A stretch of DNA of 63,168 nucleotides from Sphyrna mokarran (Eukaryota). Both the position numbers and the translations under genes were made by a program. Below the pieces are notes generated by a model. That model made no database searches. It worked only from the letters and a program-made list of their open reading frames with translations, and had not been told where the DNA came from. Numbering within the stretch: position 1 is the first letter of the stretch; every line of letters begins with the position of its first letter. Shown here piece by piece: positions 49,200 to 60,828 of this stretch. The stretch spans positions 1-63,168 of the forward strand of contig JAGIQG010000173.1 in assembly GCA_024679065.1 (NCBI GenBank), written 5' to 3'.

Positions 49200-51380
49200 T
49201 TAAATTATTATTGCAATATGTATTAGTAGACAGTGAAAAGTATTCTTTCCTGTGCGCTGCACAGATAAAGCATACCGTTCATAGGGAAGGAAATGAGAGA
49301 TTGTACACAGAATGTACTGTTACAGCCATAGCTAGGGTGTCGAGAAATATCAACTTAATGCAAGGTAGGTCCATTCAAAAGCCTAATGGCAGCAGGGAAA
49401 ATGCTGTTCTTGAGTCAGTTGGTACGTCACCTCAGACTTTTGTAACTGTTTTTTCGATGGAAGAAGTTGGGAGAGAGAATGTCTTGTGCGTGGGGTCCTT
49501 AGTTATACTGGCTGCTTTACTGAGGCAACGAAAAGTGATAACAGAGTCAATGGATGGGAGGCTGGTTTGCATGATATGTTGGGTTACGGTTAGGCCCTCT
49601 TTCAGTTTCTTGCGGCCTTGGGCAGAGCAGGAGTCATGACCAATCTTTGATGTGGAGATGCCAGTGTTGGACTGGATTAATCTCTGAGTACAACTAGAAA
49701 GAATGCTTTTTATGGTGCATCTGTAAAAGTTGGTGAGATTCGAAGCTGACATCCTTTTCCTGGAATGGACTCAAATAGCACGAGGGGTCACGGGCTTAGG
49801 GTGAGGGGGGTAAGGTATAATTTGGATGCTAGAGGGAGTTTTTTCACACAGAGGGTGGTGGGGGTATGGAATGCGCTGCCAAGTAAAGTTTTGGAGGCAG
49901 GTACTCTGGAGTTATTTAAGAAATACTTAGATGGGCACATGAACAGAATGGGAATGGAGGGGTATAGAAAACTGATTTAAAATAGGGATCATGAGCCTTG
50001 GGAGTCCCTGGGAAGTGTGTAAATAGATGATGATATTGATGTACTTGTTTTTATCCTACAGGTGCTTTGGTCCACCTTGTTGTCTAACGAGGGGCATACA
50101 CGCGATGGGTCGTGAGAGGACTGCTCTTGGATTTTTCGAGAGTATCCTACTGCTTCACGTCGTTAGTGTACGCTTGACCTGGACCATTTGATGGGCAACA
50201 CGACAGCTCAGTGACTATCGCTGTGCTTTGCAGATACATGGATTTGGGCCTGTGTCTGTGGGAGTTTGCGCATTCTCCCCGTGCTTGCGTGGGTTTTCTC
50301 CGGGTGCTCCGGTTTCCTCCCACATCCCAAAGATGTGCTCTTAGGCTAATTGGCAAAACAAATTCTCCCTAAATTGTCTCAAATTTGGTTTTTAATCCAT
50401 AGATCTATAAATATGGACAGGGATCACGGGTAGAGATAGGAACATTGGGGTGGTGGCGTGGGCTCGTTGGGCCGAAGGGCCTGTTTCCCATGCTGTTTTC
50501 TTCTTTGTTCTTTGTCAAATTTACTCAATCTTCTGCGAAAATAATTGATCTTACTTGACTATATTGTCGGCACGGGGCGGGGGAAGGGGGGGGGGCAATG
50601 GCGGGGGTAGGGAGGGGGGTAGGGTAGAACCAGCGCAGATTGTTGGTGATTTGGACAACGGAAAGCCTGAATCTCCCGACCATTTCTACTTCACCCCCAT
50701 TGAAGTAGAGAGGGGCTTGCTCTGTACTATGCTTCCTGACTCCGAATACAATCTCTGTCGTTTTGCTGACATTGAGGGGGAGATTATTGTCACCGCACCA
50801 GTTCACCACATTCTCTATCTCATCCCTGTACTCTGTCTCTTCATTATTTGAGATCTGACCCACTATGCTGGTGTCTCAGCATATTTGAAAATTGCGGGGG
50901 TGAGGGCGGGTGGGGGGGGGGAGGGGAATTTGGCCACACAGTCATAGGTTTGTAAGAAGTATAATAGAGAGTTGAGAACACAACCTTGTGGGGCATCAGT
51001 GTTAAGGAAGAACGTAGAGGAAGTCTGATTCCCTATCTTTACTGATTGTTTTCTGTGGGTTTGAAAGTTCAGGATCCAGCCGCAAAAGGCGGAGCCGAGA
51101 CCCAGGTCACGGTGTTTGGAGATGATTTTCGCAGGAATAGTGGTGTTAAATACCGAGCTATAGTGAATGAATAGGAATCTGTCATAGGTGTTTTGTTATT
51201 TAGATGTTCCAGGCTTGAGGGCAGAGCCAGGGAGATGGCGTCTGCTTGGACCTGTTGTGCCATTCGGCGGACTGTAGTGGACCCAGGCAGTCTGGGAAGC
51301 TGGAATTGATTCGTGCCTTGACTAATCTTTCGAAGCATTTCACAAAAATGGATGTCAGAGCCATCGGGCGATCCCACTGT
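49200..51380 (-). mobile_element. Rex1/Babar-like LINE fragment, interrupted by a CR1 insertion
   Basis: NNEETEYRDEIENVVNWCGDNNLPLNVSKTTE, DAISLAL..LEHL and TNFYRCTIKSILS motifs in decayed frames. Confidence 0.65.
49752..50515 (+). mobile_element. 5'-truncated CR1 with V-SINE domain in 3' UTR
   Basis: TRGHGLRVRG..FFTQRVVGVWNALP..EGY* then UTR with gtttgcgcattctccccgtgcttgcgtgggttttctccgggtgctccggtttcctccca and tail gggccgaagggcctgtttcc. Confidence 0.85.
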
Positions 51381-51389
51381 CCCTAGTCA

Positions 51390-51895
51390 GACTTGGAGTG
51401 CACAGTTCTGGTCGCCTCATTACAAGAAAGATGTGGAAGCTATTGAAAAGGCGCAGAGGAGATTTACAAGGATGTTGTCTGGATTGGGTGGCATGCCTTA
51501 TGAGGATAACTTGAGGGAGCTCGGTCTTTCTTCCCTGGAGAGACGAAGGATGAGAGGTGACTTGATGGAGGTTTATAAGATGTTGAGAGGTATAGATCGG
51601 GTGGATTCTCAGAGGCTATTTCCCAGGGCTGGGGACACAGATTTAAAGTGCTGGGGAATAGGTACAGAGGAGGTGTCGGGGTAAGTTTTCCATTCAGAGG
51701 GTGGTGGGTGAGTGGAATTGGCTGCCGTCGGTAGTGGTGGAGACGAACTCTTTTAAGAGACTTCTGGATGAGTCCATGGAATTTAATGGGATTGAAGGTT
51801 ATAGATAGGCCTAGTAATTAGGGATGTGATCAGCGCAACTTGTGGGCCGAAGGGCCTGTTTGTGCTGTAGTTTTTCTATGTTCTATGTTCTATGA
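51390..51895 (+). mobile_element. CR1 3' fragment with (ttctatg)n tail
   Basis: AQFWSPHYKKDVEAIEKAQRRFTRML..RRMRGDLMEVYKML. Confidence 0.8.
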
Positions 51896-52539
51896 TCGCC
51901 ATTAAGGCACGCTGCTGGCTGTTCTTTGGTATTGTGATGATGGTCGTCTTCTTGAAGTAGATAGAGACCTCAGAATTGTCTACTCTCACTCCTAATTCCT
52001 ATGTTCCCAAAACGGGATGCAATGCCTTATCTTGTCAGCTTGGATATGTTTGCCACTCATGTGCGAACTGTGAAATGAATTCAATTGGATTTTGAATTTC
52101 GTTTATTGAACAAGAAGGAAATGGACGACTTCCCGTTAATAAAACCGTGCTGACTGTTCTTGATTAATCTCTGCCTCTGCAACTGCAGATAACTTCCGTT
52201 TCTCAGAATTGCTTCCAATCTTTTTCTACCACTGATGTCATGCCTGCAGTTTCCTGATTTATCCTTTCCTCTCTTCAGGAATAATGATACCACATTGACT
52301 GTCCTTTAGCCATTATAAACAGACAGGTCATTATAAAATTAGTGATTAATGTGTCATACTGTGCTGTGTGTTGTCTCCAGTACATCATAACCATGACAGT
52401 CAAACACTTCTAGGCATCAAGAAAGTGCTCTGTGATTTATTTTATGTTCATTAAACAACCAGCCAATTCACATCAATAAGTTTTATTCTAAAAATTTAGA
52501 ACAATAAAATTAAGCATACCGGATATCCTGGCAGCTCAA

Positions 52540-53600
52540 ACATAGAAACTAGAAGATAGGAGCAGGATGAGGCCATTTGGCTTTTCAAGCCTGCTGTGCC
52601 ATTCATTAAGATCACGGCTGATCATTTAACTCAATAGTTTAATCCTGTGTTTTCCCCATCACCTTTGACCCCATTCGCCCCAAGTGCTATTTCCAGCCAC
52701 CTCTTAAAAACATTCAATGTTTTGGCATCAATTTTTTCCTATGATAACGAATTTCACAGGCTCACCATTCTTTAGGGGAAGAATTGTCTCCTCATCTCCA
52801 TCCCAAATGGGCAACGCTGAATACTCAAACTGAGGCTTTTGGTTCTAGACCCCTAGACTTCCCCGACACCCTCCCACCATCGGGAATATCCTCTCTGCAT
52901 CTACTCTGTCTATTCCTGTTCGAAATTTTGTAAGTCTCCGTGGGATTTCCTCTCGTTCGTCTTAACTCCAGCGAAAACAATCTTAACCAAGTCAATCTCC
53001 TCAGACATCAGTCCCACCATCTCCGGAATCAGCGTGGCAAACTTTTGCTGCGGTCCCTCGAGAGCAAGAACATCCATCCACAGAAAAGGAGACTAAAACT
53101 GCATACAGTGCTTTAGGTGTAGCCTCACCAAGGCCTTGTATAATTGTAGAAACATATCCCTGCCCCTATACTCGAAACCTCTCGCAAATGAAGACCAACA
53201 TGCTATTTGCCTTCCTTACCGCCTGCTGCACTTGCATGCTTACTTCAGTGACTGATGCACAAGACACCCAGATCCCAATGCACACTCCCCTCTCCCAATT
53301 TACTGCAATTCGGGTTGTAATCTGCCTTCCTGTTTTTGTTTCCAACGTGAATAACTTCACATTTATCCAAATTATACTGTTTATGCAATTGATTAGCATC
53401 CAATCTGTACAGATCATTCTGAAGGATCTCTGCATCCTTGTCGCAGTTCACCTTCTCACCCAACTTGGTACCATCTGCAAACTTTGAGATGTTACATTTT
53501 GTTTCCTCATCCAAATCATTAGTGTATAGAGTTGGGGTCCCAGCATCGGTCCTTGTGGCACCCTACTAGTTACTGCCTACAATTTGAAAAACAATGATCC
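52540..53600 (-). mobile_element. Degenerate CR1 ORF2 3' part
   Basis: ISKFADGTKLG, DKCEVIHVGNKN and QVQQAVRKANSML motifs. Confidence 0.8.
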
Positions 53601-53689
53601 CTATTCGCAATATTTGCCGAGCGCACTGTTATGTTGAGTGAGGCTCTGAGAGTTTTTGTTTAGGTTCAGCCCAGCTCTGTGTCTCTGTG

Positions 53690-55113
53690 GGGCTCAGTGC
53701 GCAGTAATACACCCCGGAGTCTGCCTGCTCCGTTTTAGACACTTTCAACGGGACGGTTCGGGTTGTATCATCGAGCTCCGCTGACAATCGGTCCCCTGGG
53801 AATCTCTCTGCGTTCCCGGTATATTTACTTCTCGTCAGTAGATACTCCATGGATCCGCTGGGATACTGACGGTACGAGAATAGATAATAACCATCAATGC
53901 TTGTAATGGTATAATTACAGAATAACTGAACATCATCTCCTTCACTCACTGTGACTGTAGCCGGTATCTGTGAAACGGAATCTCCTCCACATTGTCCTGT
54001 AAGAGCCAAGAGTAATGAGAAATTAAATGATGTCAGCTCATCTTGTTTAACAGCCGGATACGGCCCGTCACCCTGGCCAATAATTTGAAAAATGAATCAC
54101 AGGATCTAAAAATGAATATATTTCCCGCAACAGGCAGTTTGTAACGGGAACGTGTTATAGAACATAGAACATTACAGCACAGAACAGGCCCTTCGGCCTT
54201 CGATGTTGCGCCGACCAATATAAAAAGCAATGCCCCTCCAAACTAAACCATTCCCTTCTCTTCCATATACTTATCAACTAACCTCTTAAACGCCACCAAA
54301 CTTGGCGCATCTACAACTGCTGCAGGCAGGGCATTCCACTCCTGAACCACCCTTTGGGTAAAGAACCTACCTCTGATATCCGTCCTATAACTATCACCCC
54401 TTAATTTAAAGCTGCGTCCCCTCGTGCTAGCTTACTCCATCCTAGGAAAAAGGCTTCCGTTTGTAGCGGAAATGTGTATTAATTCATGGAACTGACACCA
54501 ATACTGGTGAAAGTGGGAGCTGTACCATTGGGAGTTCTTTCACTGCATGCCTGTGTGAAGTTTGCACGCTCTCCTTGTTGTGTCTACATGTTATGATCCT
54601 AATTGATGTTACTACTGGACAAGTCATATCCCGGGCTGGAATGTGACTCGATAGATCCAAATTTCTGTTTTGTTTAAACATCTTCCAAAGAGATCAGACC
54701 CTCGCCTTCGTCTGACGTTATTTGATGGGGAAACAAAACTGCCTGTGGGTTTAAAGATCTCAGGCTTGACAAAGCTTTTATCCAGATTTCATTGTGTTTG
54801 TCAAAATCTCCCACTGGCTCTAGCGGAGCCTGCAATCCCACATTCAGTCTTCACTCTTATTCACCGAAAGTATTTTGCTTGCTCCCTTGCTGAGACAAGG
54901 TGAATTCTAATTCATATTGGTATATTTTATTTTATATTTTATATATGTATATATAAATAACCAATTTATATATATTTTACCAATTTCTTAATCGAATTGC
55001 TCAACTGAATGCAGTGAATGCTAAATATGTGAAACACAGGGTTTGTAATTTGTGAACCTACCTGTTAATAGAACTCCCGCTGTGAGGAATAAGCACAAAG
55101 TCACAGGAGACAT
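53690..55113 (-). CDS. TRAV: TCR alpha/delta-type V segment V4 (leader 55113-55062, V exon 53996-53690); conserved Trp replaced by Ser
   Basis: Leader MSPVTLCLFLTAGVLLT, gtaggt/tacag intron, LFC..LFSYRQ..DSGVYYCALSP; RSS cacagag-23-acaaaaact at 53689-53651. Confidence 0.85.
54157..54458 (-). mobile_element. Young CR1 3' end inserted in the V4 intron
   Basis: Near-identical to 1171-1320; flanked by imperfect direct repeats gtttgtaacgggaacgtgt / gtttgtagcggaaatgtgt. Confidence 0.75.
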
Positions 55114-56188
55114 GTTTGCAAAGATTTCGAGGCGGATGTGAGCAGAGAGGGTTGAAACCGAAATATTAATCGTCAAGAGCTGGTAAGAAGTTGAGTTCTA
55201 TCTGAACCGTTGTTGATTGGTTCATTGCTGACAGCGTCATTCATTGACATCCAAGCTTAGAGTTCCAATGTCTTGAAATGATCCAATCAGCTTCTTTGGC
55301 TGTCAGGGGTTGGAGAAAGGAAATGAGTGGGTTTGTTTACCACCAGGCGCATTCAAAACGAAGAGAAATTAAACGTATATTCCATACTGAGGAGAATGTA
55401 CGATCAGCAGTTGTTGAAATCAGAAGTGAAACAGGTTGTTTTAAAGTTGTATAGTATAGTGCTTTTTTTCCACCAGGACAGGACAGAAGGACACTGCATT
55501 AAGTTCAGCATTGGCGCGAGTGTCTACACTGGAGAGAACCTGATTGAGGAAGAAATGCATAAAGATAATTTTAACACTGATGAACATATAATTTTTGGAA
55601 TATTTTTATATAAGTTTTCAGTGTTGGTATTCTTGTAGTTATGTAATAAATATTTGATGGATAGACCACTTCCCATTACACAAGTTCTCAAGTTATTGAA
55701 CGATACTTTAGGACTAACATCAGGACCTTCTTGTCACACCCGGACTAGTCACAGTGTGGAATGAAACTTTAGGAAGAACGAGACAGCAAAATGCATTGCA
55801 ATTGTTGGATAGTAGAACAAAAGGAAAATTTTAAGCTCTCCCGCAATAATAGAGCTATAACAAGGAGGAAACAGCTGTTCTTATTTATAACTATCGTATA
55901 AATTGCAACTTGTCGACGAACCAAATCAAGAATTGCACCCTGCAATTACCAGTGCACACCAGCAAAGAGCAAAGTGTGGGTGAGAAATATTTAATCTGGG
56001 CGGGTCAGATGTGTACTCAGAGGCAGTGTGAGCCCGTGTCAGCGTGAAACGCTCAGTATGGGTGGCTAAAGAACAACCCGCCTAATATTGTCAGTTCAAG
56101 CTAAATACAGCACTGAACTGAACCCCAAGAAAATACTTGGCTCCTTGTTAATTTTCATCTGGTTCTCTGTGTTGCATGTGAAATGAGA

Positions 56189-56511
56189 ATGCTCAGGATT
56201 TGCATCGACTTTTTATTGTTTTTCACTCTGACCTGCACGGGGGTGACCGGAGAAGCTGAGTTGCTCCACGGGAGGTTGCCAGTGAGGCGCGAAATGTACT
56301 CATGAACTGCATCACCTCCATTACGTTTGAACTCCTGCGTTGGTACAAACAGCTCACGAATCAGCCGCCCCAGCATCCGGCGATGGCCGCAAGAGGAACC
56401 AATCAACACGAGAGGGTCACTGCTTCGATCGGTGAAGGCAACAAACTCAACTTCCTGACTATGAGAGACGTACAGGTTTCAGACGGTGCCACCTATCTCT
56501 GCGCCATGAGG
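56189..56511 (+). pseudogene. TRAV: TCR V pseudogene V5 (paralog of V2)
   Basis: Same intronless leader (MLRICIDFLLFFTLTCTGVTG); net 10-bp deletion in FR1 shifts the frame; heptamer ttcagtg has lost CAC; spacer 25. Confidence 0.88.
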
Positions 56512-57300
56512 TTCAGTGCAAAAAAAAACACAGGGGGGTCCATACAAAACCCTGCACCGTTTTCAAAACCCGCTCCACAGAAATATTAGCGTTTCAAGAA
56601 GTGCGGTATTAAATTCTAGTGGTAAGAGGAATGAGAGCAAAACATTTCTTGAATGAGAAAGTTCTAAAAAGGTTAAAATGAAGAGAATGGGGAATGTGTT
56701 CGAAAAAAATGGAAGAGATTTCATGCAAATCAGAATGAGTGAAGGACAAAGCGAAAACGTGCAGCGAGAATAGGTACAGAGCACAGACAATTGGGGAACA
56801 ATGCAAAAAGAGGAAGAAAGTCAAAAACAGCGAATGTAATGTGATACATTTTGGCAGGAAGAAACACAAGGAATTTTATTAAGCAAATGATAAGAGATTG
56901 CAAAGGACTTAGATCCAGAGGGCTCTGCGTGTCCTGCTGCATGAATCATAAATGCTCAGATACATGTACAGCAAACCCAGAGAATGGGGGCATTTAAGAG
57001 GTCCGTGGATAGGTTTATGGATGAAAAAGGAATGGTTTAGGTTAGAGGGTCATTGCTTTTTCTTAATTGGTCGGCGCAACATCGCGGGCCGAAGGGCCTG
57101 TTCTCCGCTGTAATGTTCTATGATCTATGTTCTATGTTCTATTGTTGTTTAGCTCAGTTGCTGAATATCTGGTTTGTGATGCAAAGCAGCGCTGATGGCA
57201 CAGTTTCAATACCTGCATCAGCTGAGGTTATTCATGAAGTTGCCGCCATCTCTCCTGAGGTGTGATGTGACCCTCAGGTTAAATCTACTCCAGCCTCTGC

Positions 57301-57425
57301 GGCTGGGGTGAAACCATGATCAAGCGGGTGGTTCGCCCAGGACGAGGCTAACCCATTGCACTTCCGGTGTGCTGACGTCTGCGATGTCTCCAAATGCGGG
57401 ATATTCGACTGCAAAATTTGTGGAG
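57301..57425 (+). pseudogene. RNU1: U1 snRNA-derived copy, truncated at both ends
   Basis: accatgatca..ggtggtt..cccagg.cgaggct..ccattgcact.ccgg.gtgctgac..ctgcgat...ccaaatg.ggga...tcgactgca.aatttgtgg is colinear with U1 stem-loops I-III and the Sm site; the 5' splice-site-pairing end and stem-loop IV are absent. Confidence 0.88.
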
Positions 57426-57529
57426 TTTGTCTTTATTGTCTAACGGCGTGAGCGCGCCCTCTGCTGACACTAACTGGAACTCTTACTCTGGGGTTTTTGT
57501 ATGGGACCTGCTACATCTGTAACAGTGTG

Positions 57530-58139
57530 GGATCTAAGGCACAGAAATACACCGCACTGTCAGTCAACAGCGTGTTGCCGATCATTAGCTGGGTAATCTT
57601 GGTAGTTTTATTTAATGTCGCTGAAAAGCGGTCGCTGATATCGGAATATCTTTGTAGTTTCCCATTCAGAATACGAAGCATGTACTGTGGAGGCTGTCGG
57701 GGACTCTGACTGTACCAGTAGACATACGGGTTGGAATTGCTTGTCTTCAAGATGCAGGTTAATGTGACATTAGTTTCCTCTTCAACTGTTATTTCAGCAA
57801 CCGGCTGCTCCACTGTGTCTTGGTGACTCCATTCTGACATAAAATAAGTATTAAAAATTTTTAAAAAAGTATTTTTCTGAAGAAAATCGCAATTTAAACG
57901 ATCACTAATAAGATACGCCTTTATGGGAAAGGAAATACATGACTATATAGAAGATCGGAGCAGGAAGGGGCCATTCGGCCCTCTGCTCCTGTCCCGCCAT
58001 TCATTGCGATCATGGCTGCCCGTACAACTCAATAACCTGATCCCGATTCCCCCCCCATATCTGTTGATCCCTTTCGCCCCAAGAGCTACTTACTGAGAAG
58101 TGAGATAATGATGAGGATCGGAGTGAAACAGTTCACCAT
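57530..58139 (-). CDS. TRAV: TCR alpha/delta-type V segment V6 (leader 58139-58094, V exon 57833-57530)
   Basis: Leader MVNCFTPILIIISLL, TLTC..YWYSQ..DSAVYFCALDP; RSS cacactg-22-acaaaaacc at 57529-57492. Confidence 0.9.
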
Positions 58140-60159
58140 GATCCTTCCTGAGTCTGCAGCTCTGCAGTGAGAGAAATCCTCTGTCAGAGACAGAAATACA
58201 GATGCCCGTCCCACTGCACTGCTGATCCAACCAATGAGAGGAATGGAGCAGCGACAGCAATCTGTCCAATCACGCAATCGGGTCAGAGTCAGAGTAGCAA
58301 ATGGAAGCTGTGGGCGGAAATAGGCAGACTCAATATTGAGCAAAAGTGTGCGGCGACTCTCAGTTGCAGTCGGGGCGGAAATAGCGATGGTTAAATCTAC
58401 AGAAGTCTCTGACCATTTTGCACCTGCTCAAATCTCTAACAATAAATAGAGCGACTGGGACATGAAGCAACGAAAATTATAGAGTCTTTGAGCGCAGAAT
58501 AAGGCCATTCATTCTATCTATATCTCTTTGGAAGAGTTCTCCAAATCATCATTCATCCCTGCATTTGCCACATTCAGATTCTTTGTTCAGGATACATATA
58601 ATTTCCTTTTAATAATTTATGTTTAATATTCTGCCACCATCTGAAGCAATGTGATTCCAGCTTTGAACAACTGGCAGTGCAACAAGTGAACACGATCATT
58701 CAATGCCTTTTCTTCTCTTACGCTGACATACTTGGATTAGCGAATATTCTACTGATTGAAACAGTTCTGCGTAATCTATTCCATCAATTTAAAAAACCTG
58801 AGTACTAAAATTAAGAAACTCATTTCATTATTTGATAAAAGAAGAGCAAGTCATCTGATCATTGAATGCCGTCATCCGTGGACATTTGCTTTCTCCAATG
58901 TCTTCACCGTCTCACTAAATGGTGATTCCCTGGTTCCTAAATAGTGATAAAACGTAGCTTAAACGTCAAAGAATTTAACTCAGTCCGACCAAATTAAATT
59001 TAGACCTGTCTGAAGATATTCGTGTTTTCGTTTGTAAATGAACGAACCTGAAAACCTCTCAGTGGCCTTCATTGGAAAAAGGATTGAGCAGAGATGAGGA
59101 ATTGCGATGCAGGTGGACTAGACAAACTGCAATTCTTTTTTTCTCTGCAAAGATGAGCTACACTACGGGAAGGACAAAGAGGCACGTTTCAAATACACCA
59201 CAGCCCGAATTGGAATAGGGCTCCTTGTTCTTACAACAACCTGTTCTCTATTCAAACCATTCCCGTGGAGCAGTCTGAGTTGCAGCGGCAAAGCCCTTAT
59301 GTACTTTTATGTTCTTAATTCACCTTTTTTCCATGTTATTATCTGGAGTTAGGGGTAGTAATAGCTAAGGCTTCAATAAATATCCTTAGCAACAGGTACC
59401 GGCTTTCGAACTGAAGCCGAAGTATCTGCCCCAGAGTCACAAACACTATCCATTGTGGCTCAAGGGTTCATCTCTTAATATCTAAGGAGGTATAAGACAG
59501 TCCAAACTGAGGTGCTCAACTTCATATGGTTTTGTTAAAGTAAATCGCATGTGACAGTTTCCTCTGCCAGAACATTGGAAAACACCAGAGTCTACTTTAG
59601 GAGGGGAGAGGGCAATGGAAAGATGAGATTAATTGATTACTCTGCGATTAGTTAAACTTGGAAGGTGGTCATATTTGTCATAGGACCCTTACAGTGCAAA
59701 AGGAGGCCATTCAGCCCATCAAATGTGTACCGACTCTTACCCAGGCCCTATCCCTGCGGTGACTAAAGAGATGGCGGAAGAAGAGGCAATAGTAAGTTTC
59801 AGAAGGGAATGAGAGATAGGTTGAAAGCAGAAAAATGCAGTCACTGTGAGAGATGTGGGGTTTGAAAGATGAATTGAAGAATTCTGTCAATTCTGAATTC
59901 TTCACATCAATTCTGAATTCTGTCAGGCGAAGATACCACGGGCCGAGTGGCCTCATCTCCTGCATTGATACGCTCTGTTTCCATTCTGTTCATGTCCCTG
60001 GCTCTGTTATGTCCCTCCCTTCTCTATCTTTTTCTCAGTCACTTGAACATTGAGCAGGTGCAGAATGGTGACAGATTCCGGAGATTGAAGTCACGCTGTT
60101 TCCGTTCCGGGTGCAGCTGAGGCAGCTGCACACTTCACTCAGTATTTTGTCTACCGCAT

Positions 60160-60329
60160 CCCCGCCCACTTCCGTTTTCTGCGCTCACTCTGAACCTATT
60201 GTGTGATTGGACAGATGACTGCCGCTGCTCCATTCTTCTCATTGGTTGGATCAGCAGCGCAGTGGAACTGTGTATTTCCATCTCTGACAGGATTTCTCTC
60301 ATTACAGAGTTGCAGACTCAGAAAGCATC
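60160..60329 (+). promoter_or_regulatory. V7-family promoter (GC box plus two inverted CCAAT boxes)
   Basis: ccccgcccacttcc, gattgg, cattgg; conserved in inverted form upstream of V3 (48420-48600) and V6 (58140-58320). Confidence 0.6.
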
Positions 60330-60828
60330 ATGGTGAATTATCTCACTCCGATCCTCATCATTATCTCACTTCTCAGTCAGTATTTTCTTCCCAGTAAAAC
60401 TATAAGCTCCTCATGAGTGTCGTAACCCAGATATTTTTTGTTGGTAAAATAATAGTGACAATGATAATTGTATCGTTTAATCTGAGGCTAACTCTGATTG
60501 TCATATTGTTGTTGTTTCTGTTAGAATGGAGCCACCAAGACAAAGTGGAACAACCTTATCCTGTAATAAAGGTTCAAGAAAAAAATGATGTCACACTAAC
60601 CTGTGCTTTGAAGACAAGCGCTCCCAACCCTTATGTGTACTGGTACAGTCAGCAGGCCGGGAAAGCTCCAGTGTACATGTTTCAGCTTATTGGAAAGAAT
60701 GTGCATGGGAATGCCGACCTCAATGATCGGTTTTCTTCCAAATTTGATAAAAAGAACAAGACTAGCGAGCTAACGATCAATAACACAGTGATCTCCGACA
60801 GCGCCGTGTATTTGTGTGCCATGAAGCC
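60330..60828 (+). CDS. TRAV: TCR alpha/delta-type V segment V7 (leader 60330-60375, V exon 60525-60828)
   Basis: Leader MVNYLTPILIIISLL, gtcagt/ttag intron, TLTC..YWYSQ..DSAVYLCAMKP; RSS cacactg-24-acaaaaacc at 60829-60868. Confidence 0.9.

Noticed and set aside
53675-53681. Second cacagag in the V4/V8 RSS spacer as a nested 12-RSS
   Set aside because: It is 15 bp from the nonamer, not 12.
57811-57817. Perfect heptamer inside V6 FR1
   Set aside because: No nonamer at 12 or 23 bp; explained by codons for D-T-V.
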